DNA of 63,533 nucleotides, the filler included, from Atractiella rhizophila (taxonomy: Eukaryota), in the NCBI GenBank assembly GCA_021432655.1. It is 3 parts of 2 records of this genome, joined end to end, with 100 filler letters (N's around TTAATTAATTAA, not from the genome) between each part and the next. Parts side by side here need not be neighbours in the genome. Positions count along the whole stretch, not along the records: positions 1 to 21,778 come from MU271368.1; 2 more parts are not named here. The stretch is one strand, 5' to 3'. The notes below the pieces were generated by a model, which was not told the origin of the DNA, ran no database searches, and saw only the letters and a program-made list of their open reading frames with translations. Position numbers and translations under genes: made by a program. This document shows positions 1 through 11,244 of the stretch, one piece after another. The stretch's first letter is position 1. Every line of letters begins with the position of its first letter.

Positions 1-3000
1 TGTGTTAAAAGGTGCAAAGATCGCACAGCGGTTGTGTCAGCGATGGAAGGAAGGACATCCTGATTCGACGGAGGCAGCACGTTTACTTCTGAGCGTTGGC
101 TGCATTGGGAGATTGGCGGAGAGTATGGTTGAAGCTTGGCTGGATGGAGGTGGGAGCAATGCTGTGACCGTGAAGTCCTTTCTTACTCTTGCAAGATGCT
201 GTTTAAGCTGATTTAGTACAAGGATGCACAATCAGCCAAAGAACTCAAGGCACCATGGTGCCGGCTGAATATTCGAAAGCACTCCAAGATAAGATGCAGC
301 TTCAAGATCGCCTTGCAGATTCGATCGAGATCGCAAAAGAGAAGGCTTCCAAAGTCGAACAACGTCAGACTTATCATCCCCCTCCGCACCAGTGGTCTCC
401 CTTCTCCTCCCCACATAACTATGGTTCTGCTCCTCCCATTTGTGCCAGTCAGGTTCCCCTCCTGCTGAGCATGGACTCAGTCCCGCTCCTCCTCCACATT
501 GCGATGACGATGCTCCTGCACCTGTAGGTGACACCAATCCCATTCATCCCGTTCTGGGGAGGCAGGCAGCACTACCAATCCTTCCCTGCCTCATCTGGAT
601 AGTGGTGGTCTCTTCCCTTTCCACATCCACCCTGCACCGCTGAAGCTGGGACAGGGGCAAGTGAATGAAGGCACTGTGGGCAAGAAGAAGAGAGGGACGG
701 CAAAGAAGATCGCTGAGGATACCGGTGGGCCATCTCCGGATGAAGTTGTGAAGGTGCGTGAGGACGTAGAGAAACTGCGGCCGCTGCTGGACAAGCCGGA
801 TTCCATGGCACAACTGGTTGAGGCAAAAAAAATGGCGAAGGACAGTAGCTGGAACGCGGATCATTAGAAAAAGATGTTTCAACATCAGGTAAGCGTTGAC
901 TTTCTCCTGGCTAAGTCCTTACGGCAGTTTAGGAGTATAACAAAGAAGTCATGATTATGAAATTCAATTCCATCGATAGAAGAATAATGGAACTTCTCAG
1001 GCTGCTCAAGTAGGACCAGGACAAAGAGAGTGCTGGTAACAATGCAAGCGGAAGCGGTGGCAGTAGTGGTGTAGATTCTGCGGGGAGGGCAGAGAGGCGA
1101 CTGCTACGACGACGACGATAACAAGGAGGGATCGAGGAGGATAAAGTCGTTGAGTGGAGTGGAATGGGAAGGGCTGGAGGCGGATTAGGGTGAACAGGGG
1201 CATGTTGAACGGATGGCATTGGGAATGTAATTTGAGGATAGGGGAACGTAATGCGATTATCCATTTCAAGAGACAAATCTAACAAACCTAGGGAGTGACT
1301 GAGACGCGACTAGAACAGCACTAGACGTGGACTGGCGAAAGCACTGATTCTCGGCACTGAGGCAACACTGACAAGGCACACGATGGGCACTAAAAGCCCC
1401 AGAAATCATTTTCAAAGAAAAGCACCCACTAGGCACTAAAAGCACCAAAGGTGCACTGCTGCGGAGCCAAATTTCGGCCCTAAAACTGCTCTCAGCATGC
1501 ACTGTTTTAGCTGGTAGTGCCTTGAGTGACTAGGTCGGCACTAAGCCAGCCCTGCAAGGTTCCAGGGAATCACGTTTAGTGTGCTTCAGCTTGTGTTCAC
1601 TTTTGCTCATGTTTCTTTATTATTCAGCATTCCCTTATTACAATTGCCCTGTCAGTGCGAGACCCGTGTTTTTATTTAGTCTTGCAACTCATAGTCGTCT
1701 TTCGCAGTGCTCCCCAAAGTTCCTGATTCCTCTTGGCTCGAAATTGAATCGTTCACACTCCTGATCGCACACTGTTCGCTCCATGAGGCGACAGGATTGC
1801 AAGTTATCATTGGCTATGCCTCGTCGGGTTATATGAGGTGAGGTGCTGGTCGATCTCATGGGTTGATAGAAATATTGGAGACAAAAGGATGGCAGGCGTC
1901 AAGAATAACACTTTGATGTATGCTGTTGCTTCGTCACCCTTTGTCAATAAAAAGCATATCCAAAGATCAAACATGACCAGGAAGGACAAAGAGTTCGTCA
2001 GCACATTCCTGAGAAGAGTTGAACGCACCACGATTTCCGATCGAGTCTCTTTTCAAAGCAACCGCCAACCTAACCGCTACGTCGTGCCGCCCAGTTCTCC
2101 TAACCCTCTAGTCGCTCATCTTCCTGCACATAACCTCTAACGATTGGTGCCCCATGACCCATCCTTCAAGGGAAAAGAGTGGCGCATTGACCGTGGACTT
2201 GACAGGCAAGTAGCAAATTGATTTCACTGATCGACGCGCAACGTTGGAACTCTGATGGCGGTGACTTAGAACTAGAGGAGTTGTCCACATGGACTCTGAA
2301 ATAGAAACAACTTGAGCTCTGCTACCAGAGAGGGCGGCGCTGCATGCGAGGGTACCACACACTCTTCCTCCTATCACGACGGCTAGTGCGGCTTTGAGGA
2401 CAGAAGAGTATCAGTTGCCGCGGTACGACAATGGAGTGAATGCAATAAGGTCCATTACGCTCGAAAAGACCCCGCTAGCTTTGTCTGTGGTGCAGGCAGG
2501 GTAGAAAGGCAGCCGACATGTCGATTGAGTGCCTGTGTGGATTGCTTGCAAAGGAAGAGCAGAAGCGGGAGCACCATTATCTTCTTCTTCAGCACAGGCG
2601 AGGTTTGATGGCGGATGAATTGTAGAGGAGCTTGATGGAAAAGAAGGCGTCTGTATCTAAATCGCCTGTGTTCCTCCAGCAAGGTACCTCCTCAATTTGA
2701 GCTGTATTTGATCCATCAACGTCTAGTCTGCACAGGCCTCCACGCTTTCCGTTGACCGATTTGAGGTCATGGGGTTTCTCGTCGCAGTTATTGAGCAGTC
2801 CTGAAAGACTGGACGTGGTGTTTCTGGGGTAGTGTAAAGCTGCATGATGATCAAATTTGCCAGCGGGACGTCGTAGCAGTAGTTCGTTCAATCTAGGCAC
2901 AATTCATACTTCAGTGGTGGCTGCCAGAACTGATATCACACGGCCATTCGACTTCCTGTGAATTTGAACTTGCTCGACTACTGTTCCAGGCCACCCACAA

Positions 3001-3355
3001 TAGCGAGTATGAAAATAATATGAAAATCGATGGGGACGTTTGCTGTAGATCCCCATTCTAAATTGTCAAGGATGGACAGGAAGATTGCCACCGATTCCAT
3101 CTAAATCGAGCATTAGTGGACTGACTGGCACTGCCTCAACGTTGGCTGAAATATATCCACAGGTTGCGGAGCGTGCTCTGTGGTAAGCATTTTTCATCAT
3201 CTGAGTCGCGAACGTCAAAACGATCTCTACAGAGTTGTGGTCGGTGCTGCTCTTGCGTTACCTGCCAATGCGCCCGAACTTGTTAAGAAATCTCGTGCAA
3301 TCCTTCTTTCTAAATTCGAGATTTAGCGTGTCTTGTGTTCTTTCATTGGAATCTT

Positions 3356-4790
3356 TTAATGTAGAACGATAGCTAGGTTTCTTGCACTACCGCTTTCCTC
3401 CTGATCAAACAGATTCCACAATTCCAGCCTAAGCTCCTTGCCCGTATTTTCGTCTACAGCCAGTCGCTCTTGCAACAACAAAGCAAGCCCAGTGAATCTC
3501 TCCAACACAATATAGCTCTCCAACACCGGTCCGAGAAGACATCTGAGTGTCCAAAAGAACATGAACGTCTACTTGAGGTTCAAGTGGTGCAACGTCATTC
3601 TCGTTGAGATGCATCTTCTTCAACGCTTTTGAGCGAAAGGTCTCGTACGAAAGAAAACAAGAGTCCGCCAGTCTACCCACCCTGTTCTCAGAAGGAGAAG
3701 GACCTTGAGATGTGTTGAGCTCTACTTGAAGACGTGCTCGATAGACAAGTTTGCGCATGGATAGTTTGGCGGCTTCCCAGGATGGGAGATTGAGTGGCGA
3801 GAACAAAGTGGTTGTGAGTGAAAGTAGGAGAAATGTTAGATGGATGGAATGGGAAGTCTTGAACAAGACATATGAGACTATTCTACAACAGATTTGTCCG
3901 AGAGACACGCACTGGCAGAGGAAGTAAGATTGTAGCAACACCCAATCGCGATCAAGACATCTTGACGTTCTGCACTCCCCAAGCTAACGAAAGCACGCAA
4001 CGTGTCGACAGTAAGATCTCCACAGGCATGCAAAGCACAAACGAGCCTCGCTCATCCTTATCCGCACGTCTTTCTTGCAGAATTTTTGTGACTCCGTTCT
4101 CATCCAACAGTTCCGTTTTCAACGTCAACATCCCTCTCTTATGTTCCTCTTCCTTTTTCTTATATTTCAGACGGGTTGAAACTAACTTCTCTGCTCCAGT
4201 GACTTGAGAGGAGCTGCCCTCGATCGCACAGACATCAAGAAGCAGTGGCTCTCCGGTCACAACAACAGAGAGATGTGCTCGTCCGGATCCAATATCAATC
4301 GCGTTCTCAATTTGTGGTTTATGGCAGAGGAGCGTTTGGGCAAGTGCGATGAAGCGATCGACCTCAATTGCGCTTTCTTCGGAGACATGCCATGAGGCAA
4401 TCCGCTAGAGAACACTTTGGACGTGCTGGAGATGGAGTGCGAAGATGAAGCCGCTCCAATCGCTTTGCCATCGATTTCCCAGCTGAGAAGGGGTTTGCCA
4501 CTTGGCTTCCGAGGAAGGGAGAATTCACGACAAGGGTCCGTGAATGCTTTCAGAGAAGCGGGAGCGTCTGGCTAAGCGGCATTTCAGCCAGGTACACCCT
4601 GATGCAGAAATTAGATTGCAGAAATTTGTACAACGTATGTAACAAGATATGAAAGGAATCTCCGGGAGCAGGGAAAGCCAACTCATACATGCCCACTGAC
4701 GTTGCAGGGTTGGGACAAAGCCACCGTGTTGAATTTTGGTCTAAGCCATTTAATAGCGAGTAGGAGTATGTCCAAGACGGTGCTCTGCCA
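3356..4790 (-). pseudogene. METTL25/RRNAD1-like (Methyltransf_32) SAM-dependent methyltransferase pseudogene, copy 1
   Basis: Fragments across frames: GMSPKK, IDIGSGRAHLS, GCCYNL, FWTLRCLLGPVLESYIVLER, LFDQEESGSARNLAIV. Frameshifts relative to copy 2, e.g. gcgcaattgaggtc vs gcgcatgaggtc near 4365. Confidence 0.75.
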
Positions 4791-5199
4791 TTGATAAATA
4801 GACCCAAGATATCATCAAAAGCATTCAAGTTTACAGGGATGTCCAATGAAGTGCGACTTGTCTCAATTTCTTCTCAAGAGAGGAAACACACCGTCACCTA
4901 CCCCGACTCAGATTGTTCAATGCGGATTCCACAACACTACCTCCCAAACTTCCGTCGTACCATCCCTCCCATTCGCTTGGGACCATTTCTCCTGCCCTGT
5001 TCACATCAAAGGTAGTTGGATTGATAGGGGACTGTCTAAAGAAAGAATTGCTGGATGAGGTGCAGAGCCGAGTGATGGTGGAATCGTGAAGGAAACTCGA
5101 GGTTTCTGCAAGTGAAAGGCAGCGGTGGGAGCACTTTCGACATTCTTTCGTCGATGTCAAATTGAAACTCGGACAAGTGTCGGTGCCTGCTTCAGGTTT

Positions 5200-6375
5200 G
5201 AGTCATGCCCTCCGCCCCCAATACCTGGCTTCGCTCCTTTTAAATTTCCTCCGTTGCAACTCGGCGAGACGTTGCGGCATCGACCACTGTATCCGCTCAC
5301 AACGCAACGTATCCAAACATCAAAACACTCCTTCCTCCGACAAACGCTCTTGCCTGCGCCTCCAACCCGTGCACTCAGACTATCAACCACCATCGTTCCC
5401 GTCACCACTCCATCGTCCATCTCCTCCCGTCTTCAACTTGTCGGATCCTCTCCAATCACGACTGTCGACTTGAGCAACACGTAGCCGTTACGATGCGAGC
5501 AACGAACTCGCTAAAAACGACTGGTTGAACAGAGGACTGATGGGGAGGGAGAGGGAGCGGCGTATGTGTCGCCTTTCGACCACAAGGTTATGACACAGGG
5601 AAATACCAATCTGGTTGGGGAAACCAAAGACCAAATGGGAAGGAGGGCTTCAAACGGCATAGAATACATGTCTCTGTTAGGGGTGGTGGATTGCTTGGAG
5701 GTGTGCTCATGGGACATGAAGCAGTACGCTGGGTCACGGTGTGCGCTTCCATTCCTTATTGTGCTGTGTACAACGTTCCAGAGCTGATTTGTTCAACCAA
5801 ATGCAACAGTACCAGTCCCTGCTATTGAAACGAGAGGAGCGGCATCGCTCCACGGCTCCCTCCCGCCTCATACACGGACCACAGTGCGCCGATTCGAAGT
5901 GGAAGCAGTAGCCTCCATCGCTGGCTCGCAAGGCCCAAATATCTCGAAAGAATGTATAAGGTGTTGTCTCACCCACAAAGGAGGCGTAACGAGTGTGGTA
6001 GTTGAAGATGCAAGGGTCGTGGACATGATTGAAAGCTTTGCTGGTTCGTCTTCCTACCTTCTTGCTTTCATCCCCAAAATCGTCTGATGCTTATGGGCAT
6101 CGATGAATAGCCATCAAATCCTCGTTGATCCCGCCGTGGCAGCTCTTGCACTTTTCTATGCGGATGGAGCGCCGGAACTCTTGAGGAGAATATTCAAGGA
6201 TCTGCCAAAGGATCGACGACCCTGTGTTGTCATTGTTGTTTGTGGAGTCAGTTAGGTATCGATGATCAAGTTGTTGGAGCGGAAAGGACGGTTGGAGCAT
6301 GTGGCGTTGGGGGAGATCATGGTCTTTCGTGCCTGGATCGGTGACGGTGACTTTTCGTTTCCACCCCTGGTCCTA
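5200..6375 (+). pseudogene. PLP-dependent L-serine/threonine dehydratase (CHA1/SDS-like) pseudogene, copy 1
   Basis: Scattered motifs: VYVSPFDHKVMTQGNTNLVGETKDQMG, a GGGLLGG glycine loop, VASIAGSQG, HKGGVTSVVVEDARVVDMIESFA. Multiple frameshifts. Boundaries approximate. Confidence 0.7.
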
Positions 6376-6535
6376 ATAAAATCGGGCTTAACGGTATCGT
6401 TATATCTCATTTGGACTTCCAGATACCGATGGATCCTGTTGATATTTCAAGGGATAAATGAAGCATACTCCATTCAAGACTTTATGATAGCTGACAACAT
6501 TGCTTAGACGAAGCGTTACGTCCTGCAACAGGATA

Positions 6536-9500
6536 TCAGCTCGCACAAAGCAGTGATGTTAGAGCACTACCTGAATCATTTTGACACGTCGTCGTTAATC
6601 TTTCCGTTTCATCAATCTTCTGAAGCAGATTGTCGCAGTCATCTACATCGGACGTGGCAAAACAATCCGAGTAAAGCTGACGGGCACGACCAACTTCCTC
6701 TCGCGCGACGGGGTATTGGGACGATTGGAAGAGGAGTTGGGCCAGATTCTGTCTGCTCCGAGCTTCGTAGTGGCCGCCAACTGCTTTGCTCAAATTGACT
6801 GCTTCCTGCAGAACGTCGATTGCTTTGAACACACTCTGGGAGTCTCCAGCATAAACCGTGCTTATATTGAAAAGACAGTTAAGTTGACCTCCTAGGTCTT
6901 GATCCAGGAGGTACAGCTCCTTTGCCTCCTCGAAACGGCTCAGAGCTTCATCCATCTGACCCCGATGCTGCTCGATCTGCCCAATACTGCGAATACAATG
7001 GGCTTGCCCTGGTAGATCTTCTACCACCTGGTACAGCTCCTTCGCCTCCTCGAAACGCCCCAGCGCTTCCTCCATCTGGCCCCGATGCTGCTTGATCTCC
7101 CCGATGCTGCGAATGCAGTGGGCTTGCCCCAGCCGATCTTCTACCACCTGGTACAGCTCCTTCGCCTGCTTGAAACGGCGCAGAGCTTCATCCCTCCGAC
7201 CCCGGCGGTGCTCGATCTCCCCGATGCTGCGAATGCAGTGGGCTTTCCCCTGTTGATATGCTACCACCTGGTACAGCTCCTTCGCCTCCTCGAAACATCT
7301 CAGCGCTTCCTCCATCCGACCCCGATGCTGCTCTCTCTCCCCGATGCTGTAAATACAGTGCGCTTGCCCTAGCCAATCTTCTCCCACCTGGTGCAGCTCC
7401 TTTGCCTCCTCAAAGAATTTCACCGCTTTTTCCATCTGCCCTCGATGCTTCTCAATCTCCCCCATGCTGCGAATACAGTGGGCTGTCCCCTGTTGATTTT
7501 CTACCACCTGGTACAGCTCTTTCGCCTCCTCAAAACATCTCAGTGCTTCCTCCATCTGGCCCCGACGTTGTCCGATCTCACCTATGCTGCGAATGCAGTG
7601 GGCTTTCCCCTGTTGATCTTCTACCACCTGGTACAGCTCTTTCGCCTCCTCAAACCATCCCAATGCTTCCCCCATCCTACCCCGATGCAGCTCGATCTTC
7701 CCGATGCCGCGAATGCAGTGGGCTTGCCCCTGCCGATCTTCCACCACCTGATACAGTTCCTTTGCCTCCTCGAAAAGTTTTAGTGCTTTCTCCATGTTCC
7801 CTCGATGCTGTTCAACCTCCCCTATGCTGTGAATGCAGTGAGCTTGCCCTTGCCGATCTTCTACCACCTGGTACAGCTCTGTCGCCTCCTCAAAACATCT
7901 TAGTGCTTCCTGTATCTGACCCCGATGTCGCTCGATCTCCCCCATGCTGCGAATGCAGTGGGCTTTACCCTGTTTATATTCCACCACCTGATACAGTTCC
8001 TTTGCCTCCTCGAAAAGTTTTAGTGCTTTCTCCATGTTCCCTCGATGCTGTTCAATCTCCCCTATGCTGTGAATGCAGTTGGCCCGCCCCAGCCGATCTT
8101 CTACCACCTGGTGCAGCTTTTTTGCCTCCTCGAACAGTTTCACCGCTTTTTCCATCTGCCCTCGATGCTGCTCTATCTCCCCCATGCCACGAATGCAGTG
8201 GGCTTGTCCCTGCCGATCTTCTACCACCTGGTACAGCTTATTTGCCTCCTCGAAACATCGCAGTGCTACCTCCATCCGACCCCGACGCCGATCCATCTCC
8301 CCGATGCTTCGAATGCAGTGGGCTTGTCCCTGCCGATCTTCTACCACACCCCGACGCCGATCCATCTCCCCGATGCTTCGAATGCAGTGGGCTTGTCCCT
8401 GCCGATCTTCTACCACATGGTACAGCTCCTTTGCATCCTCGAAGAGTTTCACCGCTTTTTCCATCTGCCCTCGATGCTGCTCGATCTCTCCCATACTGCG
8501 AATGCAGTGGGCTTTCCCCTGTTGATTCTCTACCACCTGGAACAGCTCCTTCGCCTCCTCAAAACATCTCATTGCTTCCTCCATCCGACCCCGACGCTGC
8601 TCGATCTCCCCGATGCTGCGAATGCAGTGGGCCTGCCCCAGCCAATCTTCTACCCCCTGGTACAACCCCTTCGCCTCCTCAAAATATTTCAACGCCTGTT
8701 GTGGCGCCTGCTTCTGCCTGACTGCGAATCCCATAGCCATAGTCAATTTAGCGCTGAATTTCACTGGTAAACTCATTGACTGTATGATGGACAGAGCATG
8801 ATGCAGTAATTCGATCGATAGAAGGTGCTGGAGATACTGAAAGTGCCAGATTTCCACAAGGAAACAGACCAGTTTTGTCGAATCTTGTAGATGGTCAAAA
8901 CCGGCCAGAACCACATACTCAAGATTTGGATGATCGTTGCGGAAGCACAACAGCCCTATCCGTTTGCCCTCAACTTCGAATCGTTGGATATTTTCCCGAG
9001 CTTTGTGCATAAGACGCTCAGTAACGGGCTCAAGGGAGGGGACGATGGTTTTAAAACCAAGATCAGGATGTAAGACTGAGTAGTTGACATGTTCACGAAT
9101 TGGCACAAGCATCCTCAATCGTGTTGAGTTTGTCAAGCCGTCTTCGTCAGTTTCAGCGAGTCCGACGGAGAAAATTGAAGTGATGACCTCGTAGGATTTC
9201 TCTGAATCAAGAAGGCAGGATTTCTCCGTAAGTGCGACAATGTCCGTGTCCAAAAGCCCATCAGGTGTCCAGGACAGAGCGGCAAGTATAAACGTGCTTA
9301 GGTCGTGATGCATTTTGAGAAGAGGTAAGCTAAGGGAAAAAGATATCGACGTTGCAAGAGTTGGAGTCTCCTCGCTGTCCTTGTCCCATAGCACCTTTGT
9401 CTTCTTTGCCTCCCACTCCTCTAACAGAGTTGGAATATGTTTCGTTGACTCTGCGTTGGCACGAAGAACAAAGAGCTTGATCGACAAAGTGTGATGATCC

Positions 9501-11244
9501 AGCTTAGCGAACATGGTCTTGAGCACCTGTGCCGTACAAATCTTTCTTCCCGTGTACAAGTGCTTGAACAAGTCCAGCCAGGCAGCGTCAGATAAGCCTC
9601 TAATTGTCAGCTCTCGAAATTCCACATCTGTGACGTTCACTCGATAGATTCGATGTCCCCGATGGGCTACGATGAGAATGGACCCCAATGTACTGTTTGC
9701 AGAAAGAAGAGCTTGAAAGAATGGCTGCAGGTGCTCCGTGTCACGCTCTGCGGTGGTTTCAAAATTGTCCAAGATAAGGAGACACTTGTGACGGTGAAAA
9801 TATCGAGCAACAGCACCAAGTTCACTTTCACCTGGTCGAGGTGCTATTGCAAAGACATGCCGGCAAACATAAGTGGCAAGTGATGAAAATGTAGAGAAAG
9901 CATCGCATCGGGCCCAGAACCGAAAGTCTTCCTCCTCACCACCCGCAATCGTCGTGAATCCATCTTTGACTTCCTTCGCATGCAAGATTTGTCGGGCCAC
10001 AGTAGACTTCCCATTGCCAGCGCCACCGATGATTGCAAGATGTTTTTTGTCGGTGAGGATGCACTTGATTGCCGTCGCAACTTCGTCATCTCTTCCATAA
10101 CAATCTCCTGTATGAGGCAACGGAAGCTTCCTGGGCACAGCAATGCGTTGTTTACAGCCTAATCAGGAGCAAGTCAGCATGCTGCCATCAATCACGCAAC
10201 ATGGAGAATACTTTGCACAAGCGACCTCGTCGCGGATGAAACTTCATGACTCATTGCCTCCATGTAAGCATTAGTGCAGCCCACAACGTCCTCCTTTCGC
10301 TCCCATTCCTCCCACCTGAAGTCTTCGAATGTATCAACCGAGAAGCGATGATAGCAATGACCCATCTCGCGGTCCTGCATCTTCACCTTCACGCCATTCG
10401 AAACATTCGAGCAATCCGCCACTATCGCTTTCAGCGCTTCTTCGAAGTTAGCCCGAATATGGCTCAACTTGACTGCCCTTCCAACCCCCGGCCCGAGAGA
10501 CACAAGACAGGCAATCTCACCGCTGGGTCCCCAAATCCGCTTGGCTTCATCGATGGCTACCAATGTAGGGTTGTTGGTGCTAAGCTGAACGTAGCCGGTG
10601 GAATCTTCGTTCATGGGAGGAAAGAAAGGAGGACAGGCAGACATAGCCCTTGCAGCTTGCCAGACGAAATATGGGGAAGCGGATTGAGAGGCAGATCCAG
10701 CATGATGAATGTCGTAGGTGCGCATCTCCGTGGAGACGACAACGTTGGCTTGATAGCTAGAGAGGACGAATGTCCTGCACCTATCCTGCAGAGAAGGGTC
10801 CTTCATAGGAAGAGGCTTAGTCGGATCTTCAGGGGTAGGCGTGTGTCGCTGGATGATGGAGATCAAAGCCTCTTCGAGTTTCTTCGCCGAGAACAAGTAC
10901 TCGGCACTGGGGTCCGAATCCTCTTCAACAAATCCGTCTCGCGTGATCTCTTCGTACGCTGTAATGCACTGACGTACTGTCATCCCCAGCCTCCCGAGCA
11001 TAAGTGCGATCCACCCGCCAGTAGAAGTCCCACAAATGAGATCGAAGACATCGCAAGGCCGAAGCTCTTCGTCTTCCGGGACTTTGAGAAGATGTGCGGC
11101 TTGATGTATGATGCGTTCGAGCATGTAAGCTGCTGAGAAAGTACCGACGCCTCCATTGTCGATAGAAAGGACCCGTAGTCCGAGAGGATTTGCTTTCTTG
11201 ATATTCTCGGGGACCTTGAACACCTTGACGGAATTCGCGAACAT
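6536..11244 (-). CDS. Fungal NLR-like protein: patatin-like domain + NB-ARC/STAND NTPase + TPR repeats (copy 1, intact, 2 exons, about 1551 aa)
   Basis: Exon 1 (ATG 11244..10212): LRVLSIDNGG, FDLICGTSTGG, WQAARAMSACP, CLVSLGPG. Predicted 53-nt phase-1 intron 10159-10211 (GTATTC...GCTGAC...TTAG) joins it in frame to exon 2 (10158..6536). Exon 2 has Walker A GGAGNGKST, Walker B LLILDNFE and 14 40-aa TPR-like repeats. Confidence 0.9.
6905..8680 (-). repeat. 120-bp tandem repeat array (14 full 40-aa TPR units plus a 69-bp internal duplication)
   Basis: Consensus FEEAKELYQVVEDRQGQAHCIRSIGEIEQHRGQMEEALRR. On the + strand ctaccacctggtacagct recurs every 120 bp (7021, 7141, 7261...). Confidence 0.97.

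Noticed and set aside
1..1285. Short ORFs at the window start
   Set aside because: Fragmentary and low-complexity with no identifiable domain.
6905..8680. Regular repeats as a CRISPR-like array
   Set aside because: Contiguous coding tandem units with no unique spacers, in a eukaryotic context.
7085..8770. Long plus-strand ORFs (487 aa, 241 aa, 150 aa; also 16344..17228)
   Set aside because: Antisense shadows of the 120-bp TPR array. A stop-free unit repeated in tandem produces long ORFs in other frames.
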